A stretch of DNA of 64,000 nucleotides, taken from NCBI GenBank assembly GCA_041601615.1, contig JBFIHX010000006.1:115353-179352 (forward strand), written 5' to 3'. The notes below the pieces were generated by a model that saw only the letters and a program-made list of their open reading frames with translations, had not been told where the DNA came from and did no database searches. The first letter of the stretch is position 1. Each line of letters begins with the position of its first letter. The position numbers were made by a program, and so were the translations under genes. This document shows positions 28,624-39,159 of the stretch, in pieces. This DNA is from Thermoplasmatota archaeon. Its GTDB lineage: Archaea > Thermoplasmatota > E2 > JACPAO01 > JAHFTW01.

Positions 28624-29532
28624 ATGATCCTCGGCGGCCACAACAGCATCGCCGGTGGCTTGCACAACGCAGCCATCGAAGCAGCCAGCATCGGCGGCGA
28701 GACCATGCAGATTTTCTGCAAATCGCAACGCCAGTGGCGCGCCAAGCCCATCGAGCAAGAAGCCGCAGATCTGTTCAAGGCAGAAGTGGCAAAGGCCGGC
28801 CTGGAACGAATCATGGTGCACGATTCGTACCTCATCAACATGGGGACCCCGGACGATGCCAAGCGCGAGAACGCCTACAATGCGTTTGCAGAAGAGTTGT
28901 CGCGTTGCGAAGCGATTGGCGCCGCGTACCTCAATTTCCACCCGGGAAGCCACACGCACCCCTCGAAGCCGATGCGCGACGACAAGGCAACCCGCGAGGC
29001 GGCCCTTGATCGAATCGCGGCTTGCATGACCCACGCCCTCGACGATTTTCCCGAGGGCAAAACCATGCTCGTCATTGAAAACGCCGCTGGACAAGGGACC
29101 AACGTTGGAAGCTCCTGGGCCGAAGTGGGCTACCTTGCAGACAAAGTGGGCAACGACAAGCGCGTCGGCATCTGCGTGGACACCCAGCACTCCTGGGCAA
29201 GTGGCTATGATTGGGTGGAGAACTACGATGGCGTCTGGGATGAATTCGAAAGCCAGGTTGGCCTCAAGCGACTCGTGGCGTTCCACCTCAACGACTCCAA
29301 GCAACCCCTGGGCGCCCGCGTTGATCGCCACGACAACATCCCCACCGGATTCCTCGGAGAAGGGTTCTGGCAGACGCTGATGACGGACCAGCGATTTGCC
29401 GGCGCCGCAGGCTACCTCGAAACGCCTCTCGAAGACGGTGATGTGGGCACCTACAAGCGCGAATTGGCGTACCTGCGGGCCCTGCGCGACGGCACAACCG
29501 CGATTTTGCCGGCGGCGCAAGCGACCTCATAG
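28624..29532 (+). CDS. nfo: Endonuclease IV
   Basis: HDSYLIN, FHPG, ENAAGQG, CVDTQH, HLNDSK, DRH, LETP. Confidence 0.95.
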   Translation: MILGGHNSIAGGLHNAAIEAASIGGETMQIFCKSQRQWRAKPIEQEAADLFKAEVAKAGLERIMVHDSYLINMGTPDDAKRENAYNAFAEELSRCEAIGAAYLNFHPGSHTHPSKPMRDDKATREAALDRIAACMTHALDDFPEGKTMLVIENAAGQGTNVGSSWAEVGYLADKVGNDKRVGICVDTQHSWASGYDWVENYDGVWDEFESQVGLKRLVAFHLNDSKQPLGARVDRHDNIPTGFLGEGFWQTLMTDQRFAGAAGYLETPLEDGDVGTYKRELAYLRALRDGTTAILPAAQATS

Positions 29533-29587
29533 GCAGGCCTCGGCCCGAAGCATGGTCAACAAGTAGGGTCATGCCCTAAGGGAAGCC

Positions 29588-29803
29588 ATGTCTCGAATCG
29601 TGTTGCACGATGCACATGCGCCTTTCCGCATCCCCTCCTCCGACTTGGAAGGCAAGGACTTGTACTTGTGCGCCTGCGGATTGAGCCAAAATAAGCCGTA
29701 CTGCGACAGCAGCCACAAGGTGACGCTGGATGAGGAGGACGGCAAAGTGTACCGGTACGCGGGCGACACGCGAGACGGCGCTCGCACGACCCTCGAATCC
29801 TAG
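29588..29803 (+). CDS. CDGSH iron-sulfur domain protein
   Basis: CACGLSQNKPYCDSSH. Confidence 0.9.
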   Translation: MSRIVLHDAHAPFRIPSSDLEGKDLYLCACGLSQNKPYCDSSHKVTLDEEDGKVYRYAGDTRDGARTTLES

Positions 29804-29818
29804 TGTTCCCGTGCTTGC

Positions 29819-30445
29819 TTACGAAGCGAGGACTTCGGCAAACGCGAGTTTGCCTTGTAGGCGCGTAATGCGGACCTTGGTGGTGGTGCCAACTGGGGTC
29901 TTGGGCACGATGATGGTGTAGCCTTCCATCTCCACCATGCCTTCGCCGCGAGGACCAACCTTTTCGACAGTCACTTCGATGGTGCCGCCTTCTCGCACCT
30001 GAGCACCAGCTTCGGCGCGGCGCTGACCCTTGCGGGCCTTGACGGGCTGGTGGGCACCGCAGGCTTCGCACTGAAGCATCTGCACGCGGTCTTGGCGGGT
30101 GAGCTTGGTGTCCGGGCTGCCGCATTCGCTGCACTGGACGAACGTTGCCACGTAGTCGTCGAGGCGGCTTGTGATTTGGTTCATGCCGACGCGGCCAGTA
30201 AAGATGAGGCGGTCGCCGTCCATTTGACCGGCAGTGGCCAATGTTTGTAGGAGGTATTTGCCGAGGTGGTTCTCGTCGCGGCGCACGGCATTGACAAGAT
30301 CGCGGAAGTTGCGCAGGATCGTGAAGCGTCCTTCCTTGATGACTTCGGCGGGAGGAAGGGACCACCGCTCGCGGTTGCCCAGGTTCTCCGGCAGGGCGGC
30401 GCGGGCCTTCCCGAGGAGCGCCTGGTATTCTTCGAGTGTGCTCAT
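29819..30445 (-). CDS. eif2b: Translation initiation factor aIF-2 beta with C-terminal TRAM domain
   Basis: TILRNF, CSECGSPDT...CEACGA zinc ribbon, TRAM tail. Confidence 0.95.
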   Translation of the reverse strand: MSTLEEYQALLGKARAALPENLGNRERWSLPPAEVIKEGRFTILRNFRDLVNAVRRDENHLGKYLLQTLATAGQMDGDRLIFTGRVGMNQITSRLDDYVATFVQCSECGSPDTKLTRQDRVQMLQCEACGAHQPVKARKGQRRAEAGAQVREGGTIEVTVEKVGPRGEGMVEMEGYTIIVPKTPVGTTTKVRITRLQGKLAFAEVLAS

Positions 30446-30620
30446 GATGCCGCGCAGGATGGCTTCGTATTTGAGCGGCGGTGTAACGGCTGGCGCAGAA
30501 TCGGCGGCTTGGCCATTGTTGCAGCGTGGTGCCGAAAACGAGGCTGCGCGGGTCCCGCTCTTGCGCACAAAGCGCGGCGCGTCTGATAGCTCGGCCGGCA
30601 TTCTTGGGGCGCGTTGCGCC

Positions 30621-31310
30621 TCACGGCGGCGGTTGTTCGCTCGCTGCATCCTTGCGATAGTCCCACGTGGCTCGGGGGACGTTCCAATCCTCGCCGTAGT
30701 GCGCCGCAAGGAACGCCTCGGGCAGATGGGGGACAAGGGTGTCGATGCCGTGCACCTGCATTGGACACAACGGAGCGATGAGATCAGCGGCAAAGGAGTA
30801 GGTGTGCTGACGAGTGCCCTCGTCGGAGTAAGCACGGGCGACGAAATGGTCGGGTATCGCATCAGGCCTGGCACGGTACCGGAACACGTCCAACGCTACA
30901 CCGCCGAAGCGGTCCGAGCGGACTTGCAATTCGTCGTCCGCAAACCAACGAATCGTCCAGCCCTTCCGCGCCAAATCTGTCGCCAACTCCGAGGCGCAGG
31001 GCCAATCCTCGTCGAGAAGCCCGAGATCAATGTCGTCGTCGTGCCGAATAAAACCGGTTTCGCGCACCCACCCAAGAAGCGTTCCGTAGGTCACAAACAA
31101 AGGCACCTCGGCTTTACGCCCCACCTCTAGCACTTCCGCGAGGATCTGGCCGCCAAAGCGGTGCAGCAGCCAGGGGCCGTTGCGTGCGGGAGAAAGGGGA
31201 GCTCGAAGGGCAACAAGGAGTCGATCCGCAAGCCGGGGGGTGCGTGCGGCAACTCGAAGATGCCGGCGAAAACCCTGCCATCGCCATCGTGCACCAGAGA
31301 GCCACTCCAC
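30621..31310 (-). CDS. LicD-family nucleotidyl/phosphotransferase
   Basis: GTLLGWVRETGFIRHDDDIDLG and P...EAFLAAHYGEDW; start inferred. Confidence 0.85.
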   Translation of the reverse strand: MEWLSGARWRWQGFRRHLRVAARTPRLADRLLVALRAPLSPARNGPWLLHRFGGQILAEVLEVGRKAEVPLFVTYGTLLGWVRETGFIRHDDDIDLGLLDEDWPCASELATDLARKGWTIRWFADDELQVRSDRFGGVALDVFRYRARPDAIPDHFVARAYSDEGTRQHTYSFAADLIAPLCPMQVHGIDTLVPHLPEAFLAAHYGEDWNVPRATWDYRKDAASEQPPP

Positions 31311-31412
31311 ACGGGCAGCACAGGACGAGGAGACTTGTGCTTTGGCATGAGCCGTGCTGCTCGCGGATGATGGGTACACAACGGTCTTCATGAAAGGCCC
31401 GATGCAACGAGC

Positions 31413-32411
31413 GTGCACACCGTCGTCCTGGCCACGTTGGACCGCGCCGACGATGTTCAAAGACTTCTTGCTTGCCTTGAGAGCCAGACTAGGCGCCCCG
31501 ACCGCATCGTGGTCTGCGACGACACCGGCGATGATTCCGTGCGGCGATTGCTGGACGATTGCACCATCGAGCACCGCTACGAGCGCAACTCCACTCGGCC
31601 AAGCCTGACGCGCAGCCGCAACCTAGCCATCCCGCACCTGTTGCCCGGCATTGTGACGTTTCTGGACTCCGACATCATCCTGGAACCGGATTATCTGGAG
31701 CGCATCTTCGCCGCATTGGAAGCGCGACCCGACGCCATCGGCGCCATGGGCTGGGTGACGGACTTTCCTCGCGGCGGCGCCATCAAAGACGCCCTCACCG
31801 CCCCCTTTTTGCTCACCCGGGCCACTCGATCGACCATTCGCCTGCGCTTCCCGCTGCGCATTCATTACCCCCGCACCGAGCCCCCCGCCCAGGACACCAA
31901 TTGGCTGTACGGCTGCAACATGACGTTCCGATCCGAGGTCTTCGAGCAGCACCGATTCAACGACCGAATGGAGCGTTATTCCTACGCCGAGGACCTGGAA
32001 ATGAGCACCCGCGTGCGCAAGACCACCGGCCGCCCCTACCTCGTGGTGCCAGAGGCGCACTTGCACCACCACCGCAACGACGAGGGCCGCATGGTGCCCC
32101 TGGACATCTACCGCATGCGCATGGTGCACCGACACATCATCGTGCACCACCTTCACCGACCCGGTCCCTTCGGCTCCCTCTTGACTTGGTACAGTGACTT
32201 GGGACAACTGGCGTTCTATTCGTACATGGCACCGAGCCATACCTTAGCCCACGTGCGAGCTTTCGTGCAGGTTGCAAGAACACTGCGCAAGCGTCGAGCG
32301 GACGTTCGCGCCGGCAATTTTGCCGCCTTCAACGACTTGTACGGATTTTGGACCCGCGATGCCCAAGCTGCGGCCGACTCCAATGCAAGTTCGGCACCCG
32401 ACAAATCCTAA
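31413..32411 (+). CDS. Glycosyltransferase family 2
   Basis: IVVCDD, FLDSD, GCNMTFR, AEDLE. Confidence 0.9.
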   Translation: MHTVVLATLDRADDVQRLLACLESQTRRPDRIVVCDDTGDDSVRRLLDDCTIEHRYERNSTRPSLTRSRNLAIPHLLPGIVTFLDSDIILEPDYLERIFAALEARPDAIGAMGWVTDFPRGGAIKDALTAPFLLTRATRSTIRLRFPLRIHYPRTEPPAQDTNWLYGCNMTFRSEVFEQHRFNDRMERYSYAEDLEMSTRVRKTTGRPYLVVPEAHLHHHRNDEGRMVPLDIYRMRMVHRHIIVHHLHRPGPFGSLLTWYSDLGQLAFYSYMAPSHTLAHVRAFVQVARTLRKRRADVRAGNFAAFNDLYGFWTRDAQAAADSNASSAPDKS

Positions 32412-32432
32412 TCCCCATTGCTCGGCGCTTGA

Positions 32433-33212
32433 TCAGTGGTAGTCTCGTTGCAGGATGCGAGCCGCGTCTCCTTCCGGCTCCTGGTGGCGCACGCGGAAGA
32501 CAATCACCTTCTCCAGATTCAACACCAAGTGCATCACAAGAAACAGCACCAGGGTCGCATGAAATTGCGCCACCACGATGCCGACGACGCCGATGAGTAG
32601 CAGCCAGTCGCGGTTGAAGACGAAGGGGATTCCAGGTCGGCGCGTGAGCTTTGATGGCGCCAGCGACATTCCCGGCAATCGCTGTGTTTCGAGAAGATGC
32701 GAACGCAGGTACAGCACGTCGTTGTAGAGCGTCAGCACACGCCAAGACATCATCGCGCCGGCCGTGAGCGCGCCCACAAGCAACAACCCATCGGGCCCCA
32801 GCGCCACAGCGTCCGCAGGCATCCAACTGGGAGCGCCACGAACGGGACCAGCAAGCACCAATGCCGCAACGAGTCCGATTTCTACCACGCGGTCAATGAC
32901 GAAATCCAGGTACATGCCCCAGGTGCTGCCCTTGCCGGTGCGCCGGGCCACCTGGCCGTCGGCGTGATCCAAGAGGAGCCCAAAGTGCACAAGGGCAGCG
33001 CCGCCCACGACCCAACTCCATCGGGGCGACGTGGCAACCAACCACAACCCCGCCACAGAGGTCAGCAGCGACAGCAGCGACACAAGGTTGGGCGTGAAGC
33101 CCATGCTCGCAAGCACCGCCGAGAGCGGCCGCGCACAGAACGAATTGAACGTGCTGATCGGATACAAACGCCGCTGGGCGCTGTCCGCGTAACGAGCCTT
33201 CTCAGCGGGCAC
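32433..33212 (-). CDS. CDP-alcohol phosphatidyltransferase family protein
   Basis: TPNLVS and LDHADGQVARRTGKGSTWGMYLDFVIDR; start uncertain (frame open to 33341). Confidence 0.9.
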   Translation of the reverse strand: MPAEKARYADSAQRRLYPISTFNSFCARPLSAVLASMGFTPNLVSLLSLLTSVAGLWLVATSPRWSWVVGGAALVHFGLLLDHADGQVARRTGKGSTWGMYLDFVIDRVVEIGLVAALVLAGPVRGAPSWMPADAVALGPDGLLLVGALTAGAMMSWRVLTLYNDVLYLRSHLLETQRLPGMSLAPSKLTRRPGIPFVFNRDWLLLIGVVGIVVAQFHATLVLFLVMHLVLNLEKVIVFRVRHQEPEGDAARILQRDYH

Positions 33213-33373
33213 AAGGGCACGAAAGCAGCGCCTGGTCCTAAGCTGCTTGATTGGAAGCGAGGCTAGGAAGGAGGGGTTGGAGGGTGCTAAGATGCGGTGG
33301 TGCGGGGCACTACCGGAAGATTCTGCGCCTTGCAAGGCCAAGCAAGCTTGGCCTCGAGTGAAGAGGAATTTCC

Positions 33374-34666
33374 CTACGGGAAGATGCCTCTCTTTTTAAT
33401 CGCGTCCGCCACGCGCTTCACGGCGAGCATGTAGGCGGCTTGGCGCGTGGTCAAGGGCTGGTCGTGGTCGCCATCCTTGTCCTTCTCGCGCTCCCAAATG
33501 TCGTGCACCTGATGGAACGCCTTGGTCATGATGCGGTCGAGGCGCTCGTTGACCTCGTCCTCGGTCCAGAAGAACGAATTCAAGCCCTGCACCCACTCGA
33601 AGTAGCTGACCGTGACACCGCCAGCATTGCAGAGCACATCGGGAATGACGTAGACGCCCTTGTCGCGCAGAATCTTGTCCGCCAGCGGCGTCGTTGGGCC
33701 GTTGGCGCCCTCGGCGAGGATCTTGCACTTGAGTTTCGTCGCGTTGTCCTGGTGGATGACGCCCTCCAGAGCTGCGGGAATCAAGATGTCCACGGGCAAT
33801 TCGAGCAGATCCTTGTTGTGGATCGTCGTGGCGCCCGCGAATCCCATGACGGTGCCGGTGCTCTTGACGTGCTTCATGAGCTTCTGGACATCGAGGCCCG
33901 TGGGGTCGTGGATGGCGCCGTTGACGTCGCTTACGGCGACCACGGTGCAGCCCATGTCGGACAAGAGTGGCGCGCAGTTGCCGCCGACGTTGCCGAAGCC
34001 TTGGATGGCGACTGTGGCGCCCTGTAGGTCGAGTCCGATGACGTTGGAAGCCTCGCGGATGCAGTACGTAATGCCGCGGCTCGTGGCCTTTTCGCGGCCT
34101 TCGCTGCCGCCGATGTCGATGGGCTTGCCGGTGACACAACTTGGGACGGCGTGGCCGACGTTCATGCTGTAGGTGTCCATGAACCACGCCATGGTCTGGG
34201 CGTTGGTGTTGACATCGGGGGCGGGAATGTCCACTTGGGGTCCGATGATGGGTTGAATTTCGCTGAAGTAACGCCGGGACATGCGTTCCAGTTCCGTGTG
34301 CGTCAATTCGCGGGGGTCGACGATGACACCGCCCTTGCCGCCGCCGTAGGGGATGCCGACGATGGCACATTTCCAAGTCATCCACATGGCGAGCGCCTTG
34401 ACTTCGTCGAGGCTGACGTTTTGGTGGAACCGCACGCCGCCTTTCGCGGGACCGCGGGCCATGCTGTGCTGGACGCGGTAGCCGGTGAAGGTTTGGATGG
34501 TGCCGTTGTCCATGCGCACCGGCAGGGACACCTCAAGAGATCGCATTGGGACTTTGAGGACCTCGTGGATGTTGGGGTCCAGTTTCATCCGCTTGGCGAC
34601 GTGACGCAACTGTACGAGGGCCATCTCGTAGGGGTTCATCTGCGTCGGTGCTTCATCGTCGGGCAT
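33374..34666 (-). CDS. gdhA: Glutamate dehydrogenase
   Basis: GPAKGGVRF, MTWKC, GGGKGG, PAPDVNT, QGFGNVG, EGANGP, NAGGVTVSYFEW. Confidence 0.95.
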   Translation of the reverse strand: MPDDEAPTQMNPYEMALVQLRHVAKRMKLDPNIHEVLKVPMRSLEVSLPVRMDNGTIQTFTGYRVQHSMARGPAKGGVRFHQNVSLDEVKALAMWMTWKCAIVGIPYGGGKGGVIVDPRELTHTELERMSRRYFSEIQPIIGPQVDIPAPDVNTNAQTMAWFMDTYSMNVGHAVPSCVTGKPIDIGGSEGREKATSRGITYCIREASNVIGLDLQGATVAIQGFGNVGGNCAPLLSDMGCTVVAVSDVNGAIHDPTGLDVQKLMKHVKSTGTVMGFAGATTIHNKDLLELPVDILIPAALEGVIHQDNATKLKCKILAEGANGPTTPLADKILRDKGVYVIPDVLCNAGGVTVSYFEWVQGLNSFFWTEDEVNERLDRIMTKAFHQVHDIWEREKDKDGDHDQPLTTRQAAYMLAVKRVADAIKKRGIFP

Positions 34667-34695
34667 GGGGACGGGCGCCCGCGATGGGGTGCCCC

Positions 34696-34702
34696 TATAA
34701 AT
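34696..34702. promoter_or_regulatory. Possible shared bidirectional TATA box
   Basis: TATAAAT lies about 30 nt from gdh ATG (-) and about 27 nt from GTG 34728 (+). Confidence 0.5.
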
Positions 34703-34727
34703 CCGCGCCCCGGGGTGACGGTCCACC

Positions 34728-34955
34728 GTGTTGGAGGTCGATCCGTCGTCGTGGAGCCTTTGGACGTACTGGTTGTACGGCTTCGCCCTGTACTGCGCCG
34801 GCGGCTTTGTGTTGTTCTGGTTCCGGTTCGCGGCGCTGGAGCGTGCAGCGGACACGGGCAGCCCGGAGGCGGTGCGGCGGTTCAACGACGCATTGCACGG
34901 GTTTCCGAATGTGGTCTACGCGAAGATGCTGGGAAAGCGACGCCTGGAACCCTAA
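34728..34955 (+). CDS. Small membrane protein with LemA-like C-terminus
   Basis: TM followed by VRRFNDALHGFPNVVYAKMLG, resembling the LemA C-terminal motif. Confidence 0.55.
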   Translation: MLEVDPSSWSLWTYWLYGFALYCAGGFVLFWFRFAALERAADTGSPEAVRRFNDALHGFPNVVYAKMLGKRRLEP

Positions 34956-35136
34956 AGCGGGCAACGGGCGCGAGGGTGGCCTTGACTACCAGTAATAGTA
35001 ATCGTGGGTGTCCGTTGTTGCGTGTGGCGCTGTATTCGTCATCAACTGGGAATGCTGATTGGCGAGTATAAGAGCGTTTTGGTTGTTCCCTGCAATGGTG
35101 CAAGAGGAATAGTGGCCTTTGGGACTTTTGGGCGTT

Positions 35137-38019
35137 TTACTCCAACGCAATGCCCGGTTTGAGGGGTCCCGCGATGGCCTTTTTCGGGTGTTCCGGCGCG
35201 TCTGGGTCGTCGGCGCGGTGGACCTCCACAGTGTTGACGCCTGCTTCGGCCGCAATGAACGCAACAGCAGCGGTAAGTGTGGCCGCTTCGTCAAGGCCGC
35301 CTAGGAGGGCGGTTTTTTGGGACTCCGAAAATTGGTTGACTTGGCTCGGAAGTTTGCCAGTGAACGCTTGCACCACCTTTCCAAGGCTTCGCATGTCGGC
35401 GTCCTGCATCACTTCGCCCATGAATTGGCCCATGGGGAATTTGCCGTCGGTGGCGGCAGCCATGCGGAGCGCCTTGGCGGTGAGGCCGGCTTTCCATGCA
35501 GGGGTTGTGAACAAGGCAAGCTTATCGCCGCCGCTTGCAAGCTTGTGGACGGTCTTGATGTCATCCAGGACCGTTTGCAAGTAGTCTTCGGCTGCCAACG
35601 GAGCGGGATCCACAAGGCCGGGCTCGGGGAAGGCTGCCGTGGTGGCGAGCCCTTCGCCGCCGGCTCGCTCAAACATCTCTTCGGCGATGTGCGGCAGGAT
35701 CGGGCATAGCGCTGTGGCCCAGTCTCGAACGATTGCTTGCAGGAGGTCGGCGTTGTTGCCGCCGCGTCGCTGGTACCAGCGCAGGGTCTCGGAGACACTG
35801 TAGACGAGTTCGCCCACAGCGCTGCGCAGGTCGTAGGACTCGTAGGCTGTGCGGGCGGTCGCGAGGTGTTGGTTCCAGGAGGATGTGAGCCAGGCATCCA
35901 TGGGCCCAGCGCTGCCGGTTGCGGCCAGTGCGTCGTCGGCGGTGCGTCCGACGCGCAGAACTTGGCCGCGGTAGGTCATGACGATGTCGGGGTCCCACTC
36001 GATGTCCACGTGTGGGCTTCCGACGTGGCAGTAGTAGAGGCGCATCGAGTCTACGCCGTACCGCTTGGCTGCTCCGGGGATCGGCTCGGCGCCGCCCTTG
36101 GATTTGCTGATTTTGTTGCCGGCCTTCTGGGTGACCCACCAGTTGACGAAGATGCCCTTGGGGCGCATCGCGGGGTCGTTCAGGAGAGCGACGTTGTTCA
36201 TGACGTAGACCGGGAAGTGCACGGTTTGGTGTTCTTTGCCGCCGAGGTTGATGTCCACGGGGCCAAAGTGCAGCACGTCGGCGCGTACTTCGTCCCAGAG
36301 TGGGGCTTCGGGGGCGCCGTGTCCGTTGATGACGTAATCGAAGAATTCGTCCGTCAAATCGTCCACGGCGAGCCGGCCGTCGTTGACGTAGAGGCTTACG
36401 AGGTAATACCAAGAATAGAACGTGGAGTCTGCGATGGGTTCGACGATCCAGTCTTCTTTGAACGGGAAGGGGGTACCGAGCCAGGAGCCACGCCGCACGC
36501 AGGCGCGATCTCCGAACCAGTCGAGGACGTTTGCGATGTCGTCTGCGTACCTCTGAGGGTAGATCGACATGCCTGCGGCGTGCGACTTGGCCTCCGCAGT
36601 CCATTCGGGGTCACTGTAGGCGATGAAGTCCTGGTCCGGGATGCGTTTGATGTCCACGAGTTGCCCGGAGCGGCTGATGACGGTCTCGCTGAATTGGCGA
36701 AGAAGCCGTCCGGCCCCGGATTCGAGGAAGTCTGCCTTGATTTGGTCCTTGACTTCTTTGATGCGCTTGCCAGCGTACGGGCCGCAGGCGTCGGTGAGCA
36801 CACCTTTGTTGAATTCGTCTGCGTACACTTCGTCGGTGGCGGCGTCAAGCGCCGCTTTGTCGTCTTGGTTCTGCACGTTGTGCTTGGCAAACGCGACGCG
36901 GGCGGGCAGGTCCGTGTAGCCTTCGATGGCGACAATCTGCGGCGGCTCGCCTAGGCGCTCCGGCAGGCCAGCGTCCACGTAGGCGGCCCAGTCGAAGGGT
37001 GCGTGTCCGGGAACGGACATGACAATGCCCGATGCGATGAGCGGATTGACGAAGGTGCCTTGCACAACGGGTAGTTGGGCGCCGGTTACGGGTGCGGTGG
37101 CGGTTTCGCCGATGAGCGCGGTGCCGGGGACGGTGATTCCTAGTTCTTCGGCGCGCTCGAATTGCCACACAAGCTTCTGGGCGCCTTGTTTGGACACGCA
37201 CCAGACTTCGCTGGAGTCGTCGTCGCCAACGTGGCCGTCTTTCCAGACGCGCACCAATTCGTACTCGTGCTCTGGGTGGACCCAGAGGTTCGTAACGCCA
37301 TACACGGTTTCGGGGCGAAGTGTAGCGCACGGCAAGACGATCTCATCGAAGTTGTCGTCTGTGTCCACGATGTCGCCGGCAGGGATGGTGAACCGGAGGG
37401 CGACGAATTCCTGGATTTCTGCGCTGCCGCCTTGGCTGATGTCGGTTTCGGACTTGTCCACGGCCACCGGGCCGGCGACGGGGCAAAACGGCGCGTAGTG
37501 GGGTTTTTGCACGAGGAAGCCAAGGTCATCGAGGCGCCGGAATTGCCATTGGATGAATTTCTGGTAGCCCGGTTCGATCGTGGTGCAGTCGCGGCGCTCG
37601 TCGATGAGGAAGCCGAATTTTTTCCAGTAGTCGTATTGGTATACGTGCGCAAAGTAGTCTACGACCGCCTGTGGGTCCGTGAGGGCCGAGATGTCGCCAT
37701 CGTAGCCGTTTTCGCGGAGATACTGGGTTTTCTCGCCGCGCTCTACGTCCTTGGCAAATGCGACAGCGGGGATGCCGGAGGCGTGGAAGCCTGCGGGAAA
37801 CAGGACATTGTGGCCTGTTTGTCGCTTGTAGCGGGCAAACACGTCGGTGTAGGTGAAGCCGCGCATGTGCCCCACATGCAGATACCCTGAAATGCCGGGG
37901 TAGGCGAAGTGAATGAAGTAGCTCGGTTTCGTGTCGTCGCGCTCGGCGTGCTGGAGGCCCGCCTGCCACCACTTTGCTTGCCACTTCTCGGTGAGCGTGT
38001 CGAGTTCCCACTCCGCCAT
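35137..38019 (-). CDS. leuS: Leucine--tRNA ligase (archaeal type)
   Basis: YLHVGH, ATLRPET, GIVMSVPGHAPFD, KISKSKG, KPGIALE. Confidence 0.95.
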   Translation of the reverse strand: MAEWELDTLTEKWQAKWWQAGLQHAERDDTKPSYFIHFAYPGISGYLHVGHMRGFTYTDVFARYKRQTGHNVLFPAGFHASGIPAVAFAKDVERGEKTQYLRENGYDGDISALTDPQAVVDYFAHVYQYDYWKKFGFLIDERRDCTTIEPGYQKFIQWQFRRLDDLGFLVQKPHYAPFCPVAGPVAVDKSETDISQGGSAEIQEFVALRFTIPAGDIVDTDDNFDEIVLPCATLRPETVYGVTNLWVHPEHEYELVRVWKDGHVGDDDSSEVWCVSKQGAQKLVWQFERAEELGITVPGTALIGETATAPVTGAQLPVVQGTFVNPLIASGIVMSVPGHAPFDWAAYVDAGLPERLGEPPQIVAIEGYTDLPARVAFAKHNVQNQDDKAALDAATDEVYADEFNKGVLTDACGPYAGKRIKEVKDQIKADFLESGAGRLLRQFSETVISRSGQLVDIKRIPDQDFIAYSDPEWTAEAKSHAAGMSIYPQRYADDIANVLDWFGDRACVRRGSWLGTPFPFKEDWIVEPIADSTFYSWYYLVSLYVNDGRLAVDDLTDEFFDYVINGHGAPEAPLWDEVRADVLHFGPVDINLGGKEHQTVHFPVYVMNNVALLNDPAMRPKGIFVNWWVTQKAGNKISKSKGGAEPIPGAAKRYGVDSMRLYYCHVGSPHVDIEWDPDIVMTYRGQVLRVGRTADDALAATGSAGPMDAWLTSSWNQHLATARTAYESYDLRSAVGELVYSVSETLRWYQRRGGNNADLLQAIVRDWATALCPILPHIAEEMFERAGGEGLATTAAFPEPGLVDPAPLAAEDYLQTVLDDIKTVHKLASGGDKLALFTTPAWKAGLTAKALRMAAATDGKFPMGQFMGEVMQDADMRSLGKVVQAFTGKLPSQVNQFSESQKTALLGGLDEAATLTAAVAFIAAEAGVNTVEVHRADDPDAPEHPKKAIAGPLKPGIALE

Positions 38020-38087
38020 GATAGGGCGGCGACTGGGGCGCGGGGTTTCAAGGTGTTGTCGTGAAGGAGCTGTGGAGGGAGTTGTCT

Positions 38088-39159
38088 TCAATCAATCCGC
38101 AGGCTCTCAATCATTACGGCGCAATGGCTGTGGGCCATGACGTCCATGGCGCCCAAGTGGCTCCAGTTTTGGATGGTCCTATGCTCGCATTCGTCTTCGA
38201 CGGCCCCGAGGTAGGTGGCAAACAAGGCCCATGGATTTTCAAAGCCCACTTCGGCGGCGATGGCGTTGAAATCTACGGTCTGCAAGGCGGAGAGGGCATT
38301 GGATTGGAGGTCCATGACGTAGTCGCGCTGGGTTTGCACGTCCGCGCGGGTGCCGAGGCGCGCCAAGTGTCCTCCGACGAAGGTGTCGAAGTCGAAGGAG
38401 AGCGCTTGGTCGTGGGCGGCGATGAAGGCTCGTACGTCTTCTGCCAGGGCGAGTTCAAAGAAGGGGGCCCAGCCGGGGAAAATGACGTCGACGAGCATCA
38501 GCACTTTCTGTTGCGGGGCCCAGATGAACAGGTTGCCCGGTTCGTGGGCTGGACCCAAATAGTGTAGTTCCAGGGTCTGGTTGCCAAGGGTTACGGTCAG
38601 CGAGTCGGCGAACGTGGTCGTGGGAAGGGGAACGGGCCCGCCTCCGACCATGGCGCCAAACGGCACGACGCGCGTGGAGTCGGATTGCGTGGCTAGGTAC
38701 GTTGCCGTGGCTTCGTGCGCGATGAATTCTACGCCCGGTGCGTCGAAAACGGCGGCGGCTGCGATGTGGTCGGCGTGCGTGTGGCTGTAGACGACGTGCG
38801 TTACAGGAAGCAATGTTGTTTCGGCGATGGCTGCGGGCAGGGCCGCGCCCAGGTTGGGAGGTGCATCCACCACGATGACTCCCTCGGAACTGACCAGAAA
38901 GATTGCTTGGTACGCTCCGTCAGTTACCCAGTACAACCCGGATGCGATCTCTTCGACGAGGTAGCCTTTGGCAGAGTCGATGGCCGGACCTAGGGCCGCA
39001 GCGGGAACCTCGGCGAACTGCGCTTCGGGTGCCGCGGGGGGGCGTGGTTGGGTTTTGGTCGTCGTCGCCTTCGTCGTCATCGTCCGTGCATCCGGCAAGC
39101 GATAGAAGGGCCACCATGAGAACGCAAAGGAGTGGGTGCAGTGGGCGCTTGGCGACCAT
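38088..39159 (-). pseudogene. Lipoprotein MBL-fold metallo-hydrolase interrupted by a 1-nt frameshift
   Basis: LAGC lipobox leader in one frame, SHTHADH/HEPGN/GGH domain in another; removing one base of the 7-nt run 39036-39042 joins them (TTPPAAPE). Confidence 0.75.

Noticed and set aside
34956-35136. AT-richer stretch downstream of leuS
   Set aside because: No independent start or repeat found; possibly a gene remnant but not supportable.
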